Shown here piece after piece: positions 56,169 to 64,000 of a stretch of 64,000 nt of DNA. The stretch comes from Tubiluchus corallicola. Its lineage: Eukaryota; Animalia; Priapulida. The first letter of the stretch is position 1, and each line of letters begins with the position of its first letter. A program made the translations under genes and the position numbers. Below the pieces are notes generated by a model. It worked only from the letters and a program-made list of their open reading frames with translations, was not told the origin of the DNA and did not search any database. The stretch spans positions 496,001 through 560,000 of the forward strand of contig JAQGDQ010000105.1 in assembly GCA_030141605.1 (NCBI GenBank), in the 5' to 3' direction.

Positions 56169-57824
56169 ATTCGAGGCTACAGCTTCGACGGCGGCACCAT
56201 TTGCGGCGATCTATATATCAAACGAAAGGTCTCGATCTAATGTCGTGCCATTGGGGTTTATTTTTCGAACCGGGCCCAGCGGGACGAATGGGGGGGGGGG
56301 CGAAAAACCTCCAAAAATGGCCATTTTTCGTCCGTTTTTTGCAAAATTATACCTCTTATTTCTGAAGAACGGGAACGGGCCGGGGGCGGTGCTGGCCATG
56401 GATAGATAGACCGTTCAACGGTGGCTATCGTTGGCTATCTAGATTTCGCAGGAGGGCCATCGCGTTCCTCAACGGGCGTTTTCCCGTGATTTTTTCGAAA
56501 AATTTTGGTCAAACAGCCTGTAGAAAAAACGTTCTAGTGGCGCCTGGTGGGACTCTCGAAAGGAGATATATAGCTCTTTAGAAAGAGGAAGAACAGGGCT
56601 ACACGATGATGTGGGCTATATTTTAGTACACGTCCACCAAGAGGAGTACCGACGAATTAATCAGATGTTCTAATTTTGGCAATTTTCGCTTGGAAAACTG
56701 CTGAGGCAAAGCCATTGTTCTGACGTCATCCATTATACTCTGTCTGTAACCTCATAACTTTAATTCAGTAAAAGCTGCTGCTGGCTTGGCGTTATGAATG
56801 AGGACTATGTAGGATGTTCGCGTATTATTGATTATAAGTGTACTTATACGCAAAATTTTTTGCGTGGCCTTCGCCTGTCATATATATATTAATTGTGCTG
56901 ATATATATATATATATAGCCTCGTTGGTTATAGCCAACCAGCTATAGCCTCGTCGGTTATATATCCACCCAAAATTTTTTGCGGGGCCTTTGCTAGTCAT
57001 ATATATTAATTTCGCTGGTATATTATATTGAGATTGAGAAATTTCGCGGCTGTTCCAGGCATTGTTGTCACCCGTCGTTCTACTGTGTTATAGATTTTAC
57101 ATGTAAATTTTGTTAACTTCTTATCATCTGAGAAGCAGCAAACAAAACTATGTAGAATGTCCGTGCATTATTGGTTATTGGTAGGCAGACTAAGAGCATT
57201 TATTATCGTACAGTTTTGACTTTGTGCAAAATGTTCTGAATGGTTTCGCTGTGATACTGTATTCTTGGTGCTGGTGCTGTTGTCGTCATCATCATCATCG
57301 CCATCAACATCATGATCACCATCATGATGTGGTGGTGTGCTGTGGGTGTTGTGCTGTGGTTGGTGTGGTGGGGTGTGCTGTGCTGTGGATGGTGTGATGG
57401 GGTGGGGTGGTAGGGTGTGTGTGAGGTTGGTGGAGTGGTGTGGGTGATGTGGTGGGTGTGGTTTAGTGTGGTCTGAGTGGTGTGGTGTGGGTGATGTGGT
57501 GTGGATAATCTGGTGGGGTGGTAGTGTAGGCCATGTGGCATGGGTGATGCTGGTGTAGTGTGGTGGGTGTGGTTTTTTGTAGGTGGTGTTGTGGTGTGGT
57601 GTGGTGTGGCTGGTGTGCTGTGAGTGGAGAGTTGGGTTGGTGTGATGTGGTGTGAGTGGGGTGGTGTGGGTTGTGTGTGTGGTGGGTGTGGTGTATTGCG
57701 TGGTGTTGTGTGGTGTGGTGTTGTGTTGTGTTGTGGTATGATGTGGTGTGGTGTATTGAGAGTGGTGTGGTGTGGGTTGTTGTTGTGAGTTTATGCGCAA
57801 TATTCTTTTGCGGGGTTTGGCTAG
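56090..57824 (+). mobile_element. Head-to-tail array of three non-autonomous Helitron-like units
   Basis: Inserted between A (56089) and T (57825). Units 56090-56877, 56878-56996 and 56997-57824 each start TC...tata..ttaatt(tc/gt)gctg(g/a)tat and end with a cgcaaaa/ttttgcg-type hairpin followed by CTAG (CCTG in unit 1). Confidence 0.8.
57283..57790. repeat. GT/GGT-rich low-complexity tract
   Basis: Degenerate (GTGTG/GGT)n tract inside Helitron unit 3. It is the source of the His/Thr/Pro-rich spurious ORFs. Confidence 0.95.
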
Positions 57825-58452
57825 TTTGTAATTAATAAAACTGCACCACCATTTAAAACTTATTTTAACGTAGTTTTAGTTTCTTGTTACTTTAGCTTCC
57901 TTAATTTTTGGTCAGTAAAGAGCTCCAATTGCTAGTGTTTCTATGTAACTGATCATTTATCAATATTCTGCGTAAGCACTTTCTTGCTCAGACTACAAGG
58001 TGAATAATGACCCTTAGAAGTTACATTACTGGTGTTACTTATTAAAAATACATTGCTTCTTATTTAATTTACATAGATGCGGGGAGCGCATTAGAGAATA
58101 ATAAAATCAATGTACAAATAGGTAGAAGAAAAACTGGCCGGTGAATCTTTTTTAATTTGGGGCACACAAATAAGGTGAAGCCGTTAATTACTGGTAATTA
58201 TAGATAACAAGTCTGAATCAAGACAAAATGTTAATTTTATTCACTATAATCTCTAACACATAGAAACAAATGATTAGCACGACTTTAATTTACATAAAGT
58301 ATATACATTAATTAAGTCATTTTATATAGATCAAGATACATGAAACATAACTATGATACATAATTACTCAACTACATGCGTTTTGAAATGAAGGGGCATA
58401 CAGTGCGAGTTTGGCAAAGTAAATTAAAGACCATGCTACTTTCCATAAATTA

Positions 58453-58968
58453 CAGGGTCATCCAGACGAACATTACCTCCAAATTCTTTAATAAATCAAA
58501 CATTTCAAGTCAAAAATACATAAAAATTTAACGGTGTTATGACGGCGTTTTATAAAATATAAAACTCTCAGAAATTTAATTGCTGCGAATTTTATATTTT
58601 TTTGGCTGAACTAATTAAAAAGGTGATGTTCAAAATTGCATTTCCATAACAAAAAGGAAATTTTTTCTAAATTTATTTTTTTAAATGAAAAAGAAACTTT
58701 ATGTTCATATTTTCCTTATCTATATAACTCAAAAAAATTATTTTACATACTGTCCTATTTCGGCCACTAAAATTTCTTTTTATTTGTTGTGTAAATACAA
58801 TTTTAAACGTCACATTTTTAAAAAAACTCTACCAAAATAAAACATAAAACATCAAATTTTCTTGTGTATAATATATATACGTTATTTTTTAAATTTTTAT
58901 GCCTTTTTTGCTTGTATTTTTTGTTTTATTAAAATATTCGCAGGTAATATTTTATCTGGACAAAACTT
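58453..58968. mobile_element. Degenerate Tc1/mariner-type MITE
   Basis: TA|CAGGGTCATCCAGACGAACATTACCT at left; the reverse complement of the right end shares tccaga and attacct. Very AT-rich interior. Confidence 0.45.
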
Positions 58969-60023
58969 TATATTCTTATAAAACATTTGCTTAAGCACTT
59001 GTTTTCCTTCATTACGTAATTCCGAAACATAGTAGATTTGCACTTTCGTGATCTAAAGAGGTCGAATTCGTAAAATAACATCAAGTCTGTACGTGCAGCT
59101 CTAAAACTGTAACATTTTGCAAATGATCCAATAACAATAGAGCAAACTTGTAAAGCTGAAATTTTAGCTAAAATAACTCAGAAGTAAAAATCTATCTTAA
59201 CTTTCAAGATTTCTCTCGAACGTGTAATAAGTCAAAAATTATTTATTACGCTTAAAAACACTGGATCTACATCAAGCACACTTTAAAACTAGTTGAAAGC
59301 ACGGCAGCAATTTTACCTATTAGTAATCACTATTAACAAACAGAATTGAAATGAGGGTATTAGGAATTTAAAAACTTATTTGCTTCTGATGTCTTTATTT
59401 TCAAAGGCCGTTTGTTTAATCTGTAGCTGATGTTACATTGTGTGGTTGAATTGCACTCACTGTTTGAAAGTAACGCAGGCCAAAACCCCAAATAGTTTTG
59501 GAAAAAACCAAAATAGTTAATAACTGTCAGAAGATCAATGATTTCTCAATTAAAAAATTCAATCCTAACACACAAAAGTGAAGATACACCACACTTTCAG
59601 TTCTTGGGCCTTTAAAATGAAGTAAGTTGAATATCAAATAAGCAGGAACAGCTTTTATACTTCACTTTTAAACAAACCCGATTCTTCTCCCAACTTTTGT
59701 CACAATTGTTATAATAACGTTTGCACAATACAAGTAATAGGTACAGGTTTAATTATAGCGAATCAAAGAGTATATAGTCGTAATAATGAAAAATTGACAC
59801 TTTTTAACCTTCTACTCAATCTGTTATATTATTTACTTTACTGACAAATATCTCTGCAATTTAAACGCGTTAGGTGTCAGAAAATTATCATTGACTGCAT
59901 GTTAATGTAAAAAATTGTGGAAGCTTTTATAAGTCTTTCCCCAACACTGAAGCTAAGTTACCAAAACAATGCAAAGAAAGGTTAGCAGATGTTGACAGCT
60001 CGCCACAGGATGCCATCTTGAGG

Positions 60024-63000
60024 TTATAAGAGAACGTCTCCTTCACCTATGGAGTCGGGATCAAACTTTCCCAGGCTGTTCAGGGTTTGTGTACTGCACG
60101 TGATACCGTTCTCACTGTAGTTGCTGATGGTTTGTGTAGCGCTGGTGCTTCTACTGATGCTGCTGAGCGACCCTGCAGGACACAGACGTTGTGTTAGTTC
60201 CAGGTCTGTGAAAGGCAAACAGATAAACCCAAATTTACAATGAAGTTCATGCTGAAACTATTAGCATGCATTCAAATTGGGCACATAAGGGATTATCCGC
60301 ATAAGATTATCTACATATGGCCAAAAATACACACACGATACAGTCATACAAGCTTTTCATTGCATAAATATACCTAGAATGAGATTACCCTACATTAAAT
60401 AGCAATTTTTGTCATATTTAAAAAAGATGCATGTATGTCATATTATACTTGAGAAAGTCTTGCCAGGTTAGTCGTGCGATTTATACAAAAAAGCAACAAT
60501 TATTAAACAAACTCTAAAAACGACTTTCTAGCATGATTAGTAATTATATCATGTTACAGGTTCACTTTCAGTGCTCTCGGCCCTTGCTTTTCGGTTCACT
60601 CTATCCATTGCCCGTCAGTCCAGACGTCCCTTGTCATTCCATGGGGACGTTCATGCCTTTGAACCGTCTTTCACTCTGCTTTTTATCGTCATCTGTTTAG
60701 CGCAAATAGTGTATAACTTTAGGCTGAAGTTGTCTTAGGATACAGTGTTTGCGTTAAAATGGGCATTTTCATTAAGGATCAACTGGGTTGAAGGACCAGT
60801 GAAAGAGGGACACTAGCATGTTAAGGGAGCAGTAGTAAACTTAGAGTCAACTGAGGGAATGGTGACAACGCGCCAGGAACTTCACAAGGAACAGTAACAT
60901 GGATCCATAAATTAATGCTATCCCAGATTCATTTAATGACAATCTGTTTTTGCACATTATAATGCACATTGTTTCACACTCACAATCAACATTAGACTCA
61001 GTTAGTTGTTTTGCATCAGCTGCGGTTATTGTGACATGCATACAGTTGTTAGTGCCACTTTTTATGAAAGTTTGTGTTAGTGGTTTTCGAAGCGGTCAGT
61101 TAAGTGTACCTCTTTATTATGTTGTTACAACAAAAGTACCACAGACGTTTAGCACTTTATACCATGTAGACTAATGTTGGTCCTCCTATTATTCCATTCA
61201 GATATAGATTTTCTGAAAGGTAACATTTTTCCGATTAATATCATTTGCCCTAGTTGTGCCAGGTTAATGCAACCTGTCACAAATGTTTATTAAAATTATG
61301 ACGTCATTATGACAGCGTGTGAGGAATATAACAAAAACAACCACAGCCACCACTTCCATTATTCCATTAGCTCATGGGTGATAACTTATTACATAGCGTC
61401 GACACATTCCCGGATAGTCAGGGAAATGTCATCTTGTGTCCGTCAGCAGCCCAGTGGCTAAACTTTTATTTGCCGTCCTTGCGGGAAACATTCCTATCAT
61501 CAAAGTTATCAGGAAGAAGATTTGCTCATACATTTTGAGAAGTCGGCCATAATTTAATCACTTTGTTGGCATTAGCGGGAGACAGCTTCGTCGAGACTAT
61601 AATGTAATTCAAGCGTGTTTGCGAACTATCGCGGGATTGGGTTAGGCAGCCGATCTGCCAAATCGCCCATGAATTATGTATTCTATGCAAAAGCAATCTG
61701 ACGATGCTGCTTGACAAAGTTTTCATCAGATCTGATTTTCTTGGAGCAGCCAGACGACGGGGTCAAATGACAGTCTCCGAAAAGTTTAACGTGTACCAGC
61801 AAAACCGCTTAAAATGCAAACTACATGTATCAAAACCATCACATTTTAAAATGTCAGGCTCTCAGCCGAGACGCATAGCCTCTTGCTAGGTTAAACATAT
61901 TCAGCTTCGGCACCTCATCTGTTGAGAAGAATTTTGTGTGTAAGAAGGACCAAATGCACTCTTGATGCTCTCCACCATACTTATTAGTGGAAAGCATCAA
62001 TGTTTTTGAAGCCAAGGTTGAACAAAAAAGAAAATGAGTAAAAGTCGGTACTGCGTTTGAGTTTGAACTAGGATCTTTTCGGTTACAAGTCAAATGTCAT
62101 GTTCATTAGACTACATAAATCCTCCTTTATGATCATGTGATGATTTTGTTTAACAGTTTATGTTTTTGTTTTACAATCTTATTATGCTTATTATGCTAAA
62201 AGCTTATTATGCCCATGGTAGAACATCTGCTAACTTATGGAATTATAATTATTTCAAAACCTGGAAGAATCCTTAGGTAGTTGGGTTTTAATGATTTATA
62301 AACTAAATATTAAAATTACAGTGAAACGAGCTGAAATTTAAATTCTAATTTATCGGAAAGAAAGGAAATGACGAAAATTTGCGGATGAGTCTTGAACAGA
62401 TACTTTGTCGTTCTCTGTACAAGTCCAACTCTGTCGTCACTCGACTTCATAGCCTATTGCGATGAAAAATAGCGTCCCAGCACAATGTTGCTGACATGCA
62501 CAATTGATAAAGGTAGCATGTAACAAAACATTAAGAAACGTGATTTTGGCGTAGCACCTACCGAGATCAAACCTTTTAGATAAAATTCAAACGAGTCTTT
62601 GCAGTGAAATCATAGGTTTTAAGTTGCGTCGTTCTTGACACTGAAAAACAAAAAGCAGGAATCTTCTCGGCCCTTATGAGGGCTTTCCACCGCCTCAGAA
62701 GCATTTAAGTGAATTAAAAACAAGTAAAACTTCGTATCGAACTAAGATCATTGGCTAATAAGTTCTGAAGGTAGAAAATCAAATACATTGTCATAAACTC
62801 ACAGTACTTTCAATTCATTAAATGTAGATGTCATTTTTGCGCATTTTTATTGCTTAAGATTGCATGTTCCGTAGGTACAAAGGGCTATTGCATATGTTTG
62901 CAATAGCTCTATGGCCCATGCACTGATTTTCCTACTTTTTACAAAATTTCTTGAGCAAAGTGATTATTAAGTTATAATTAATTAATACTAACACTTCAAT

Positions 63001-64000
63001 ACTTACCATCTGACTGTGTTCCCGAATCGACTCTATAACATGAACTGGTGGGTGGCACTGAAGTTTGTAAAGTCTTTTGAGTGGTATGTGTGGAATTTGC
63101 TGGCTTATTGGGCATCATTGATTGTCTAACATTGCGTTCTGGATGCAGCAAAATGATGTACAGTTTTGGCGTGAACAAACATATCAAAGACACAGTGCCG
63201 CTAAGGCTAATAACAATGCACATGGTAATAAGTCGTACAGTTAAGTTGCTAGCTGTGCTAAAATAAATCGGTATAAAAGCTAACCATATTATACACGTAG
63301 TGTACATTGTGAATCCAATAAATTTGGATTCATTAAATGCTTCGGGTATTTTTCTTGTGAGCACAGCATATACTGTACAAACTATCATCAAACACACTGG
63401 ATAAGCGCAAACAATCATATAAGTTGCGTCCTTAGAAGCCGAGCAAATCCACTCATTAGATTCACGTGTTGGATAATAGGGTTCGGCTGTCGGGCGCTGC
63501 CAGAAAATCCAAATTCCGGACACGGCCACCTGAATGGACACCAGTCCCAGACAGATGATGATCTGTGAACGAGGACTGATGAAACTCGGCCGCTTGGCTG
63601 AACGCTTGCCACTGTTGAATATCCTAGCTATACGATTAGTCTTAGTCAAGAGAGCGGCATAGCAAATAGAAAACGAAAAGCCGACACCAAACATGGCTGC
63701 TGTGCAAATGATGTCACTAGGCTTCGCCACTAACAGAAATGTTTGGATATAACACAACAAGATGCCGCACAGTAGCACAAAGCTCAACTCTCTTCCAGAT
63801 GCTTTTACAATAGGTGTGTTATTGTACTTGATAAATACAGATAGAACGGAAATTGTTACAAAGATTCCACAAGTGGAAAATACCATGGCACTTATGGACC
63901 ATGGCGCATCATAGCGGAGGTATTCCAAGTGAATGGGTTCACATATGGTTTTGTCTGCATTTGGCAAGGTACCCAAGTGACATGTCTTGCAGGTGGTTTC
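60024..64000 (-). CDS. GRM: Metabotropic glutamate receptor-family class C GPCR (mangetout/mXr-like): end of cysteine-rich domain, 7TM and C-tail; 5' part outside window
   Basis: Exon 64000-63007 encodes ETTCKTCHLGTLPNADKTICEPI...TPIVKASGRELS...LLTKTNRIARIF...FISPRSQ...RKIPEAFNESKFIGFTMYTTCIIWLAFIPIYF...PKLYIILLHPERNVRQSMM. The phase-1 donor G|GTAAGT joins terminal exon 60205-60024 (DLELTQRLCP...EGDVLL*). Confidence 0.95.
62047..62118 (-). pseudogene. tRNA-Thr(TGT)-like pseudogene or SINE head in mGluR intron
   Basis: Minus strand has A-box-like tagtctaatga, anticodon-arm-like gacttgtaacc and B-box-like agttcaaact. The stems are degenerate. Confidence 0.4.

Noticed and set aside
57168-57800. 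210-aa His/Thr/Pro-rich ORF resembling a histidine-rich protein
   Set aside because: Translation of a degenerate simple repeat inside a Helitron-like unit; no splice or domain support.
60560-60636. Possible stop-codon readthrough after TGA-CAA in the candidate mGluR exon
   Set aside because: Another stop follows 10 codons later, the context is not the UGA-CUAG type, and the exon itself is unconfirmed.

Overview
AT-rich, intron-rich genomic DNA from an animal, most likely an invertebrate; the species cannot be determined from the sequence. Six protein-coding genes were rebuilt by hand from splice signals and reading frames. On + is the 3' end of SLC35E2. On - are a TCF19-like FHA+PHD gene (9 coding exons), a choline transporter-like SLC44A2/4/5-type gene (22 exons), SSR3/TRAP-gamma (5 exons), a 9-exon secreted long pentraxin of unusual architecture, and the 3' part of a metabotropic glutamate receptor resembling the mangetout/mXr type. 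SLC44A and SSR3 each carry a U12-type intron, and the pentraxin has a GC-AG intron. Introns and spacers hold decayed LINEs, Tc1/pogo MITEs, Harbinger, THAP and possibly Mutator remnants, tRNA-derived SINE heads and microsatellites. Main findings: a head-to-tail trimer of Helitron-like units with shared termini but unrelated interiors (56090-57824), the pentraxin architecture, several candidate alternative C-terminal exons of the mGluR, and the TCF19-SLC44A adjacency, which echoes the human MHC. All homology calls are from recalled family motifs; no database search was run.
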